A DNA stretch of 64,000 nt from Chiloscyllium plagiosum (taxonomy: Eukaryota): assembly GCF_004010195.1 (NCBI RefSeq), contig NC_057718.1, positions 77,878,318-77,942,317 of the forward strand. Reading direction: 5' to 3'. The notes under the pieces are model-generated. The model made no database searches and was not told where the DNA came from. It saw only the letters and a list, made by a program, of their open reading frames with translations. Positions 13,436 through 26,300 of the stretch are shown here, one piece after another. The stretch's first letter is position 1. Each line of letters starts with the position of its first letter. The translations under genes and the position numbers were made by a program.

Positions 13436-14715
13436 ATAGAGTCACAGAGATGTATAGCACGGAAACAGAACCTTTGGGTCCAACTTGTCCATGCCTACTA
13501 GACATCCTAACCTAATCTCTTCCCATTTGCCAGCACTTGGCCCATATCCCTCTAAATTCTCCCTATCCATATACCCATCCAGACGCCTCCTAAGTGTTCT
13601 AATTGTACTAGCCTCCACCACTTCCTCTGGCAGCTTATTCCATACACGCACTCCCCTCTGCATGAAAAAGTTGCCCCTAAGGTCCCTTTTATATCCTTCC
13701 CCACTCACCATAAACTTATGCCCTCTAGTTCAGGATTCACCCACTCCTAGGAAAAGATCTTGACTATTTACCCTATACATGCCCCTCATGATTTTATAGA
13801 CCCCTATAAGATCATCCCTCAGCCTCCGATGATCCAGGGAATACAGCCCCAGCCTATTCAGCATCTCCCTACAGCTCAAATCCTCCGAACCTGGCAACAT
13901 CCTTATAAATCTTTTCTGAACCCTTTCAAGTTTCACAACATCCTTCTGAAAGGAGGGAGACAAGAATTGCACACAATATTCCAAAAGTGGACTAACCAAT
14001 GTCCTATACAGCCACAACATGACGTCCCAACTCTTATACTCAATGTTCTGACCAACAAAGGAAAGTATAACAGATGCCTTCTTCACTATCCTATCTACCT
14101 GTGACTCCACTTTCAAGGAACTATGAACCTGCACTCCAAGGTCTCTTTGTTCAGCAACACTCCCCAGGACCTCAATTAAACTCCATCTGGCACTCCTGAG
14201 CCCATTGGCTGATTAACATTCCATTGTAATCTGAGGTAACCTTCTTCGCTGTCCACTACATCTCCAACTTTGGTGTCATCTGCAAACTTACTGACTATAC
14301 CTCCTATGTTCACATCCAAATCATTTATATAAATTACGAAAAGCAGTGGACCAAACATTGATCCTTGTGGCACACCAGTGGTCACAGGCCTCCAGTCTGA
14401 AAGGCAACCCTCCACCACCCTCTGTCTTCTCCCTTCGAGCCAGTTCTGTATTTGAATGGCTATTTCTCCCTGTATTCCATGAGATCTAATCTTGCTAACC
14501 AATCTACCATGGGGAACCTTGTTGAATGCCTTACTGAGTGAGGTCCATATGAATCACATCCACAGCTCTACCCTCATCAATCCTCACCATTACTTCTTCA
14601 AAAATTTCAATCAGTTCATGAGGCATAATTTCCCACGCACAAAGCCATGCTGACTATCCCTAATCAGTCCTTGCCTTTCCAAATACATGTAAATCCTGTC
14701 CTGCAGGATTCCCTA
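13436..14715 (-). mobile_element. 5'-truncated CR1 LINE
   Basis: [27 protein letters not shown] and RDLRGNFF..WNKLP on the minus strand, plus the 3'UTR. Confidence 0.9.
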
Positions 14716-14944
14716 GGAGAAAATGAGGATTGCACATGCTGGAGATCAGAGACAAGAGTGTAATGCTGGAAAAGCACAGCAGGTCAGGTAGCATCCCAAG
14801 AGCAGGAGAATCGACAGTCCTGATGAAAGGCTAATGCAGAAACATTGATTTTCCTGCTCCTCGGATGCTGCCTGACCTGCTGTGCTTTTCCAGCACCACT
14901 CTAATCTAGACTGATTTCCAGCATCTGCAGTCCTCACTTTCTCC
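14716..14944. mobile_element. Hammerhead-centred fold-back palindrome, copy 2
   Basis: Outer ends ggagaaaatgagga..tcctcactttctcc; central cctgatgaaaggctaatgcagaaac. Confidence 0.8.
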
Positions 14945-14984
14945 ACAACATGACACATGCCTGGGGCATTTGGAAATTGAACTC

Positions 14985-16145
14985 AGACAAAACTGAAATG
15001 AATGTAGATGCTGTAAATCAGAAACAAAAGCAAAATTGCTAGAAAATCTCAGCAGGTATGGCAGCATATGTGGAGAGAATCAGAGTTAATATATCAGGTC
15101 CAACGACCCTTCTTCAGAATTGATGAGAGCTAGGAAAAAGTTGTTTTTTTAATGCAGAAGATAGGGGCGGGGGAGGGGCTAAAGAATAAACAATAGCTGG
15201 AAATTGAGCCCAAAGAGAGAGAACACTTTGACAGACCAAGAAGTGGATAACACTCAGTCTCGAAGAATGAATGGCACTACTGGGGACTACTAATGGCTCA
15301 CAATGGGTAGTGTGTAATAGCAGACCATGTGATAACAAGGCCTAAAGGGTTGGGATAAGGGTGTCTCAAGCCGTAAAATTGTTGAACTCAATATTGAATC
15401 GAGAAGGCTGTAGAGTTCCCAAGCAGAAAATGAGGCATTGTTCTTCCAGCTTGCACTGAGCTTCACTGGATGACTGCAGCAAGGGTGAGACAGAGATATT
15501 GGCCAAGGAATAATGTGGTGTATTGAAGTGGCAAGCAGCTGGAAACTCAGGGGTTTTTCCAGACAGAACGTACGTGTTCTGCGAAACGGTCACCCACTCC
15601 ATACTTTGTTTTCCCAACGTAGAGGAGACCACATTTTGAGCAGCGAAGTCAGTACACAAGGTTGCGTGAAGTGTAGATAAAGCATTGCTTCAGCTGGAAG
15701 GTGTGCTTTGACCCTTGGACCCGAGGAAGGAGGAAGTAAACGAGTAGGTATTACGCCTTCTGTGGTTGCAGGGGAAGGTGCCATGGGACTGTGAGAGGTG
15801 GAGTGAAGGAGAAGTGGACTAGGTGTCCTGGAAGGAACAGTCCTTGTGGAAGGCTGACAAGGGAGGAGAGGGGAATATGTGTCTGGTGGTGGCATCTCAA
15901 TGGAGGTGGTAGAAATGGTGAGAAATGGGTCAGACCCAGCTGACGGCCCTGTCAACTACAGTGCTAGGGAATCCTCAGTTGAAGAAGGTGGGCATTTCAG
16001 AGACCTCCTTGTCGAAGTTGGCATCATCAGAACAGATGTGACAGAGACACAGGAACTGGTAGAATGAAAGAGTATTTACAGAAAGCCGGGTGTAAGGACG
16101 TATAATCAAGGTAACTATGGGAGTCAGTGACTTGTAGTGGACCAT
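14985..16145 (-). mobile_element. Decayed Penelope-like element (GIY-YIG region and terminus)
   Basis: ACHFNTPHYS..SEAQCKLEEQCLIFCLGTLQPSRFNIEFNNF is a PLE endonuclease C-terminus. Homologous to 45586-46982. Degenerate hammerhead at ~15083-15120. Confidence 0.8.
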
Positions 16146-16204
16146 AACAAATCCTAACTGACTTGCTCCATCTTGGAAACCTTGCCAATTACTTCTTATC
16201 ACCT

Positions 16205-16800
16205 ACTCCTTCGCCTGGTTCGAGTGCGCATGCGGTAGGTGGTTTCGAGTCACACCTCTCGAAACGGGGAGGGGACGTCATTGTGGGTCGCGAGAGCGGC
16301 GGTTGGGTGGCGCTCGAGACTGAGGCGACGGTCGAGCGAGCGTGCGCTTTGCCGCGAAGACGCAGCCGGAATCCGGCGGCGGCGGCGGTTTTCCGGTCGC
16401 GGTTCCTCATTCCTGCCTCCTTATTCACCTTTTTCCTTCACGGAAATTCACCTGACTGATTCGACGCAATCACTTTTTTTTTGTCGATTTGATTGCGGTG
16501 TTTAATTCGCACCGTGTTCCCCACTCTCGAAGGATGTCGAGTCGCGAGGAGGAACGCACGAAACTGGCGGAGATCATTAACCACTGGAATGCCAACCGGC
16601 TGGACCTGTTCGAAATCAGCCAACCGACCGAGGTGAGTACCGCGGCCTGAAGCGCCGGTACAGGCCGCGGTTGCCCATTCCCCCAGGAGGGACCAGCCAG
16701 GCGATTCAATGGCCCGGACCACGCAGCCTGATTCGGCAATTGAGAGTGGAGAAACTGGTGAATTCTGATGTTTTGTGCAGCACTTTTGCTGTCCGCCCTT
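16205..16800 (+). promoter_or_regulatory. AFDN: CpG-island promoter / 5'UTR of AFDN
   Basis: The strongest non-repeat CpG-dense stretch in the window. NRF1-type TGCGCATGCG (16225-16234), CRE-like GACGTCA (16274-16280), TCGCGAGA (16288-16295) and ETS-type CCGGAA (16366-16371, and 16391-16396 on the minus strand). The TSS cannot be placed from sequence. Confidence 0.8.
16534..16632 (+). CDS. AFDN: Afadin (AF-6/MLLT4) first coding exon
   Basis: Translates MSSREEERTKLAEIINHWNANRLDLFEISQPTE, matching the afadin N-terminus (..RDEERRKLADIIHHWNANRLDLFEISQPTE). ATG has A at -3, and the exon ends at a consensus donor GAG|GTGAGT (phase 0). Too short for the ORF track. Confidence 0.96.
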
Positions 16801-19704
16801 TCCACAACAAAGGGCATCCCAGCCTGAGTACTGGCTGGTCGACTCGGCAGCAGGTTGGGGGTTGGGTGTTTGGTGTTTGTTCTGGGGCGGGGAGGAGAGA
16901 AGTGGGTAGTGGTGGGAATGAGATAATAAAATGCCGAATTCTTGCCATGTGTTCTATTTGTGACTTCATTTTTTTTTTAATTTGGAAAGCCACCCTGAAT
17001 TAAGAATTAAAGGGCGTGCCGTGAACGCTGAGACCATTATGTTGGAAGTTAATTTCCCCGGCTCTCAAGCTAAGGGTAGCGCCAGAGATTGCACCTTCCT
17101 GGGACAGGAGACTATTTCTTGTAACTTTTAACAAGCGTTTCAGATTAAGTTAGTTACTGTGATTTGTTTAGCTTTAAGAAGAACCCTTTGTAAAACAATG
17201 AGTTTGATCCCCATATTTTCCTTAGCTATTTTCGAGGTTTTTAAAAATTTTCATCTCACCCTCTCGTGTGTTCACATCACATAGGTTTGAGATTCAAACC
17301 CAATAGTTTCATGTCATTTTTCCTTAAGTTATTTGTGCTGATGTCCAAATGAGCTAGTGCAAATCAAAGATGTCAGTGGTTGCTCGCATATCTTAATGTT
17401 TCAGACATTTCATTTTGCATGTTTTTGACGACTGCAACTTCAGTAAACAAAATGGAAAGAACAAATTTGGCTGGGAATGTTTGAGTCGATTTGGACGTGA
17501 ATATTAATCAGGATTTTGACATGGTCTATTCAATTAGACCTCCAAGTAATGTAGAAATTCATAGCTTGAAATCAAAAAATATACATTTAATATATTGCAA
17601 CACCACTAAACTTTTTTCCCAAATGGCATAGCCAGAAATTAGAGTTGTAAGATTGTTGGATTAGGGTGACACTTCCTCTAAGATATCTTCCATAAAATTC
17701 AGGAACACTTATTTGGTTTGTCACTACAGTGATTTTCCAACATTTAAAGGGAGCAGTTTTTTGTAAGGCAACATAGTTTTCAGGCGTCTGAATGGGAGAA
17801 TCTGTCTGGGAAAAGGAAAACTATTTACTAACATGCAGCAACAAAAATAACATGCTGGTAAATATAGGAAAATACATTTGATAATTTTAGGCTGTTGTAC
17901 TATTCTGGTTATCAGTTTGAAATGTTTAACCTTTCTGCATGGTGTGTCATAAATGTTACTTGTCTTAGAAGTCATGTGTTCATTTCTATTTCTGTTCTTT
18001 GTGTTTCTAGCTTAATTTGTTAATTGAACTTGCCTTTTCAAGTTATTAGTTCTGGTATAATGGGCTAAAGCATACCTTTTTGACTGTGCATTGCATGTTT
18101 AGAAAATGGATGTCAAAATTCAGGCAAACTGGAATGTCTGCAGCAGTGGCTCTGTCTCTCAATATTGAAAATAACAGTTCTCGTAGAATGAAAAATGTCC
18201 TTAACTTTTCATTTGTGAGTAAAATCATCTAATTTGATATTCGTGCAGTAAAATATTAGGAATGCTGAATGTTTACAGCAAACTAGAGTTGTATCAATTG
18301 CTTAAATGTTTGATACATGTAGAACCCCCAAATAAAATTAGTTTTAAAAAATGCTTGCCTCGATCACGGTTCTAATCTTAAGCTGCCATTGATCATCTTA
18401 TTGTATATTATTTGTTTTGCATACAGTTGTTCTTGTATTGCTTAATAAATATAAATGTAAAAGCACTGCACCGGGTGATTAGACGTGAATTTTCACACCG
18501 CTGACCCTAGCTGTTGAGAGTAACTAATTTGGTTCACCTTTTTATTGAGCAAGTGTTCTGTAAGAATACAGTACAATATCTTGTCTGAAGCATGTTTTAA
18601 GAGGCATGGCTACAGGGAGGGAGGCATCAAGGGAAAGTGGTTTGAAAACGGTCAGCTGAAATAATAGTTTCAAGTGAAAGAGCTGGGGAGGAAGAGGAAT
18701 TTGTCATCGGAGCAGAATAAACGTGTTGGAATGTCCAGCTGAAGTAGACTTCCGGATGTTTATAACCTGTTTTCTTGTATGTGTGTATATCGTAATGGTT
18801 CTTGCTGTGTGAATATAATTTTTTCTATAGTATTTTGCTTGCGGGTATGCCAAACATGTTTGAGTGGTATGGGATGAGGAATCTCCTTTGGTACCTTGTG
18901 CATACCCCTTGTGAGAAAGTGTGCTGTAAATATTGTTAGTTTGGTTCTCAGTCCCTTCCGTTGTTCCGTTTGAGGAAATTAAACACAAACACATGTAATA
19001 GAAATGACATGGTACTATGGATTCCATGTAGCCGGTGTTTCCTTTTTAATTGTGAGTAACACTGTTGGTGGGACGTCTTTAGGACTTGAAACAGCACTCT
19101 GCAGTATACTGTTCCCTTTTTTAAATTGAACACCTTGCACTTAATTTTTATAAAATGATGTTTGTGTTAATGAAGTTCTTGATTCTGTGCAGTTTTTTAT
19201 GGCATGGTTTTTATTTGAATCTGAGATGGGACTGTTAGAAATCTAACGCGAAGTTAGAAATGCAACTGCCACCTAGCTATTGGTTTTCTTGATTTGTATT
19301 AAGGAGCCAAAACCATTAGTGGGGTTTTTGTTTGATCTGAGAGTTTTACCATTTCCTTGTATATGGCTAAATATTTCAAATTATTACGTTTTTAAGAAAG
19401 TACATTCTGACGTGTGAAAGAAACTTGAAGGCAGATTAGGTTACCTCCGGGGTCAAGCATTTATTTAGTAGAGCAACCTGGAATTCCGTGAAGTGAAATT
19501 CTGAATCGAGGTAGCTTTTCCTAGTTAATGGTCAAAAGGTGTTGCAGCAGATTGTGCACTTGTTCCTAGAAAATAGTAAATGGCATATTGAAACTGTTTA
19601 ATTCCTGTTTAATAAGAAGCCCAGCAAAAGCTAATGTGCACTTACGATAATTAGAGTAATGTGTTAATTGAATATGCTTGAGGAATAGCATTGTGCATAT
19701 GAAT

Positions 19705-20428
19705 ATATTGATGGTGGTCTGTTTAGCGCAATTGGCTGGATGATTTGTGAGGTAGTGTGATGCAAACAGTGGGTTCACTTCCCACACCGGCTAAGATTAT
19801 CACTGTCCTTAATCTCTCCCCTTATTGCCGTCCTGTTTCCCACTCGCCCGCCTCAGTCAAAGCAAAATGCTCAGAGACATAGTGTAGTTTTACCTCCTTC
19901 ATCTTTAATCCGGGCCCTGGAGGGAGAGAACGATCACCCATGTGCACAGGCATATGAGTTCACTGTCTCCTCTGGAATGGTAGTTTCTCAATGAACTATA
20001 GTCATTTTACAAGGAGGAGCATCCAGATAAGGCAACATACATATTCATTGGGTGACTTGCAATCAAAGAGTTTCAATAGTAAAGATTTAACCATCTGCTG
20101 TTATGCAATAACTGACTTCACAATACTTTTCACCTTGTTAACTGACTTTACATACTGAATACTACCTCATCTTGTTAAATGGCTCTACATAATGCTTTTC
20201 CACCTTGTTAACCGATTACCCTTGTCTCCAGCACCCTATTGTTAACTATGTGCTTTTCTGGTCTGAGTCATGCTCAGCCGAACCTCTTATTTCACAAAAC
20301 TCAAAACCTAACTCTTTTCCTACCTGCTAATACCCGATACACATTCTCACCCTTGCCAGAGGTCTGGTGGCCTCTGATTAAATCACTGCCAGTTGTGTGT
20401 CTTTCAAGGAGAGAGTCTGGTAAGACTT
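19705..20428 (+). mobile_element. tRNA-headed SINE split by a solo LTR
   Basis: A-box-like tagcgcaattgg and B-box-like gggttcacttccc. The sequence resumes after the LTR at 20350. Confidence 0.45.
19823..20349 (-). mobile_element. Solo LTR with 4-5 bp TSD (ccct/ccctt)
   Basis: Homologous to the LTRs at ~20430-21830 and 29699-30250. Minus strand begins TGAGAA. ccct(t) flanks both sides (19819 and 20350). Confidence 0.75.
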
Positions 20429-20484
20429 GACTTGTCTCCCCCTTTTCCCCCCCCCCCAAAAAAAAATACTCATACGGTATAGTT

Positions 20485-21361
20485 GACAGTATACTGACAG
20501 TTGGCTGTTGTAGGCTGCAGCGGGACATTGACAGGATGCAGAGATGGGCTGAGAGGTGGCAGATGGAGTTCAACCTGGATAAATGCGAGCTGATGCATTT
20601 TGGAAGGTCGAATTTGAAAGCTGAGTCCAGGATTAAGGATAGGACTCTTGGTAGTGTGGAGAAACAGAGGGATCTTGGGGTGCAGGTACATAGATCCCTT
20701 AAAATGGCCACCCAAGTGGACAGGGTTGTTAAGATTAGATTAGATTACTTACACTGTGAAACATGGTGTTTTGGCTTTCATTAACAGGGGTATTGAGTTT
20801 AAGAGTCATGAGATCTTGTTGCAGCTCTATAAAACTTTGGTTAGACCGCACTTGGAATACTGAGTCCAGTTCTGGTCGCCCTATTATAAGAAAGATGTGG
20901 ATGCTTTGGAGCAGGTTCAGAGGAGGTTTACCAGGATGCTGCCCGGACTGGAGGGCTTATCTTATAAGGAGAGGTTGACTGAGCTCAGAATTTTTTCATT
21001 GGAGAAAAGGAGGAGAACAGGGGACCTAATTCAGGTATACAAGGTAATGAGAGGCATAGATAGAGTCGATAGCCAGAGACTATTTCCCAGGGCAGAAATG
21101 ACTAACACGAGGGGTCATAGTTTTAAGCTGATTGGAGGAAAGTATAGAGGGGATGTCAGAGGCTGGTTCTTTACACAGAGAGTTGAGAGAGCATGGAATG
21201 CGTTGCCAGCAGCAGTTGTGGAGGCAGGGTCATTGGGACATTTAAGAGACTCCTCGACATACATATGGTCACAGAAATTTGAAGGTGCATACATGAGGAT
21301 CAGTGGTCGGCACAACATCGTGGGCTGAAGGGCCTGTTCTGTGCTGTACTGTTCTATGTTC
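20485..21361 (+). mobile_element. 5'-truncated CR1 inserted in the 3'LTR, 7-bp TSD tatagtt
   Basis: WAERWQMEFNLDKC and QRRFTRMLPG; tail ctgttctatgttcta; tatagtt at 20478-20484 and 21362-21368. Confidence 0.85.
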
Positions 21362-23300
21362 TATAGTTTTACCTCCATCTTTTATTCTGGATCCAGGAGG
21401 GAAAGAATGATCGCGCATGTACACTGAGACATGAGTTCTCGGTCTTCTCTGGAATAACAGTTTATTCATGAATTATATACTCATTTTACAGGGAGGAGCA
21501 TTCAGATAAGGCAACATATTGATTGGGTGACCGTTATGATTGAGCCATCTGGTGTTACACAATGAATGTTCTTAACCTTAACTGGCTTCACATAATGAAT
21601 ACTTTTCATCTTGTTAAACTGACCTTACAAGCTGAATACTTCCAATATTGTTAAATGGTTCTACATAATTAATGCTTTTCCACTTTGTTAACCCATTACC
21701 CTTGACTCCTGCATCCCATTGTTAATTGCAAGCTCTTGTCTGATCTGAGTCATGTTCAGCTGAACCTCTTGTTTCACAAAACTAAAACTTAACTCTTTCC
21801 CTACCTGCTTATAACTTAGACACTTAATCATTCCGTCCTTTACCTAGATGGCACTACCAGCTTTCTTAAGACTCATACAGCCAGTATGTAAGCAAGTTAT
21901 TGACACAAAGCATACAATGATTATAACAACAAAAGTTACTAGTCTGTTTCAGTAAATAGAACTTGAAGAATCCTCCAATGTGGAAAAGAAATTCACCAGT
22001 AAAGTTCTTAAATTCACAGTTCTTAGTGACCATTTCGTCCCTTCCAAGTCGAGGGGAAACAAGCCAGTTCTCTAAATATCTCCTTCAGTAAAGTTCAACC
22101 TGAAAACAAAATCCAGTCTGTCCTTCTGCCTCACTCCTCAGAAATCTGAATTCTTGGATAAGGGCTGTTAAATGCTTCACAAGACTGATGAGACTTCATC
22201 CTTGCAGAGATGCTTCAGATCGAGGAAACCAGCACATCTGCGTGTGCAGTGCAGTAGCTGCAACTGCAGGCTAGGTGAATGCAGCATTCTTTGCTTCTGC
22301 TCTGCTGTTTAAATGTAACAGAGCCAACTGACTGTTGTGATGTTATCTTGATCAATGAACTGCCATAGCCCTTAAATGATTAAAAGACAAGGTAAAGCTT
22401 GCGTGGTTTAATGTCACTAGGAAGGCCACTGACAAAACTTCACTGTTAGCTTCAATTTCGTGCTTGTGACTGGGGAGCTGATTGAATCTATTTGATCAGG
22501 TTGTGGATGGCGGGCAGTAGTTTGAAGGCATGCTTTACCTGTGAATGTTCTCTAGAGAAGATGTAAGCTGCTTAAAGTATCTTTGCATTTCCTTTCTTCC
22601 TTCCTTGCCAAGTTGGTTATCAGTGTAAAGACAGTCACACATTTAACTACACTAAATTATCTGCCTATTTCAACATTCTGTCATCTTGAAGTCTGTTACT
22701 CTGTACACTATTTATGACATTATCAAGTTTTATGCAATCCGTAAACTTCTAAAAGTTGTAATGCCTAAACAATTCAGTCAATTATGAACAACAATCAGTG
22801 ATTCTAAAATGGAACCCTTTGGTACCTTCTTCAGATTATTAAAAAATTATTTTCCTTTAACAAATTTTAAGTTGGCTAATATGAAGGCTGTCAGGATAAG
22901 TATTTCAAAAGTCTGGAACAGCAAGAAAGCAACAAAAGTTCTGATTTAAATCTGAACTATTCGTGGGAAACAAATGCTGAGTGCTTTGAAATATGTTCTG
23001 CAAATGAAACTTCCCAAATAAAAGTCAGAATTGCAGCGGCAACTTTGGTAGAGATCAATATTCTTTGAATTTGCAATATGAAGGGGACCAATGAAGTCTC
23101 AACAATAATTAACAGAACTGAAATGCTTAGCCTCAAGTTCTAGAAATCTTTAACAAAACATCAAACTAAAAATATGCTCTTTTTGTGAAGACTCTGTATT
23201 AAAAACACAGCAGCAAAGATACTTTAATACAATGTTCTCATCTGGCTAAAGCATGACCATTGACCCAGCTGTTTTTTTAACAGGCATTGTAGAATTTCAA

Positions 23301-26300
23301 ACACATAGAACATAGAACAATACAGTGCAAAACAGGCCCTTCGGCCCTTGATGTTGCGCTGACCTGTGAGCGATTCTCAGCTCGTCCCCCTATACTATCC
23401 TAAAATCATCCATGTGCTTATCTAAGAATTGTTTAAATCTCCCTAATGTGGCTGAGTTGACGACATTAGCAGGTGGGGCATTCCACGCCCTTACCACTCT
23501 CTGCATAAAGAACCTGCCTCTGACATCTGTCTTAAATCGATCACGTCTCAATTTGTAGTTATGCCCGCTCATACACGTTGAAGTAATCATTCTAGGAAAA
23601 AGTATTTCACTGTCTACCCTATCTAATCCTCTGATCATCTTGTATGTCTCTATCAAATCCCCCCCCCTTAGTCGCCTTCTTTCCAATGAGAATAGACCCA
23701 AGTCTCTCAATCTTTCCTCATAAGACCTTCCCTCCGGACCAGGCAACATCCTGGTAAATCTCCTCTGCACCTTTTCCAATACTTCCACAACCTATCTGTA
23801 ATGGGACAACCAGAACTGTACACAATATTCCAAGTGTGGCCACTCCAGCGTTTTGTATAGTTGCAGCATGATATTGCGGTTCCAGAACTCAATCCCTCTA
23901 CGAATGAAACCTAACACACCGTATGCCGCCTTAACAGCACTATCCACTGGGTGGCAACTTTCAGGGATCTATGTACATGGACTCCAAGATCCCTCTGCAC
24001 ATCCACACTACCAAGAATCTTTCCATTGACCCAGTACTGTGTCATCCTGTTATTCTTCCCAAAGTGCATCACCTCACATTTAGCGGCATTGAACTCCATT
24101 TGCCTCCTCTCAGCCCAATTCTGCAGTTTGTCAAAGTCCCTCTGCAACCTGTAACATTCTTCCAAACTGTCCAGTACACCACCGACTTTAGTGTCGTCTG
24201 CAAATTTACTAATCCATCTACCTATGCCTGCGTCTAAGTCATTTACAAAAATGACCAACAGCAGTGGTCCGAAAACAGATCCTTGTGGCATACCAGACTG
24301 AATATTTTCCATCAACCACCACTCGCTGCCTTCTTTCAGAAAGCCAGTTTCTAATCCAAACTGCTAAATCGCCCTCAATTCCAGCCTCTACATTTTCTCC
24401 ATCAGCCTACCATGTGGAACCTTTATCAAAGGCTTTACTGAAGTCCATGTATACCACGTCAACTGCCCTGTCCTCACCTACATGTTTGGTCACCTTCTCA
24501 AAAAACTGAGGTTTGTGAAACACTACCTGCCCTTAATGAAACCAGGTTGAGATCTGAAATCAAAGTGTTGCTTGCTCGATGATTATAAATCTTAGCTCTT
24601 ATAATCCTTTCCAAAACCTTTTCTACAACAGAAGTAAGACTCACTGATCTGTAATTACCTGGGTCATCTCTGCTGCCCTTCTTGAACATTTGCAATCCTC
24701 CAGTCCTCAGGTACTAAACCTGTAGGCAATGACGACTCAAATATCAAAGCCAAAGGCTCTGCTATCTCCTCCCTAGCTTTCCAGAGAATCTTCGGATAAA
24801 TCCCATCCAGCCCAAGGGACTTGTCTACTTTCACTCCTTCTAGAATTGATAACACCTGTGCGTAACTAACCTTGGTCGTTTCTAGTCTAATATCTCGTAC
24901 TTCATTCTTCTCCTCTACACTATTTTCTTTTTCCTGAGTGAACACCGATGAGAAATGTTCATTTATCACCTCTCCGATCTCTACAGGGTCCACACTCAAC
25001 TTCCCTCTTCTGTCTTTGACTGGCCCTATTCCTACCCTAATCATCCTTTTATTCCTCACATACCTATCTATAGAAAGCTTTAGGGTTCTCCTTTATTCAA
25101 TTTGCTAAAGACTGCTCGTGTCCTCTCTTTGCTCTTAACACTCTCTTTAAATCCTTCCTAGCTGATCTGTAACTCTCCATCGCCTCATCTGTACCATCTT
25201 GCCTCATCAACACATAAGCCACCTCCTCCTCCTTAACAAGTGATACAACTTCTGTAGTAACCCACAGTTCCCTTACCTTATCAGTTCCTCCCTGCCTGAC
25301 AGGGACATACCTATCAAGGGCACGCAATATCTATTCCTTAAACCAGCTCCACATTTTGATTGTCTGTCTGCATCCCCTGCATTTTGCTGCCCCATTCTAT
25401 GCATTCTAATTCTTGCCTAATCGCATTATAATTGCCCTTGCCCCATCGATAACTCTTGACCTGTGGCATGAACCTATCCCTTTCCATCACTAAACTAAAC
25501 ATAACTGAATTATGGTCACTCTCTCCAAAGTGCTCACCTACAATTAAATCAAACACCTGGCTTGGTTCATTATCAAGCACCAGATCCAGTGTGCCCTCCC
25601 CTGTTGTCGGCCCTTTAACATACCTTGTCAGGAAACCCTCCTGTACATATTGGACAAAAACTGATCCATCTGATGTACTAGAGCTTTAACATTTCCAGTC
25701 AATGTTGGGGAATGTACAGCATGGAAACAGACCCTTCGGTTCAATCCATCCATGCTGATCAGATATCCCAACCCAATCTAGTCCCACCTGCCAGCACCCG
25801 GCCCATATCCCTCCAAACCCTTCCTATTCATATACCCATCCAAATGCCTCTTAAATGTTGCAATTGTACCAGCCTCCACCACATCTTCTGGCAGCTCAAA
25901 GTTGCCCCTTAGGTCTCTTTAATATCTTTCCCTTCTCACCCTAAACCTATGCCCTTTAGTTCTGGACTCCCCTACCCCAGGGAAAAGAGTTTGCCTATTT
26001 ATCCTATCCATGCCCCTCATAATTTTGTAAACCTCTATAAGGTCACCCCTCATGACTCTATGACTCTAAGTTAAAGTCCCCCATAATGACCAACATCTTC
26101 CTTTCACTCCTACTCAGAATTATTTTGCTAATCCTCTCTTCCACCTCCCTGGGACTCTGCAGAGGTCTATAAAAAATTGCAAGCAGTGTGACCTTTCCTC
26201 TCCTGTTTCTAACCTCAGCCCACACTACCTCATTAGACGAGTCCTCATCAAAAATTCTCTCCGCCACTGTTATACTATCTTTGACTAACAAGGCCACGCC

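Noticed and set aside
16163..17003. Several 80-115 aa ORFs across the CpG island
   Set aside because: Stop-poor GC-rich sequence with no recognisable protein. The real coding frame is the 33-codon AFDN exon.
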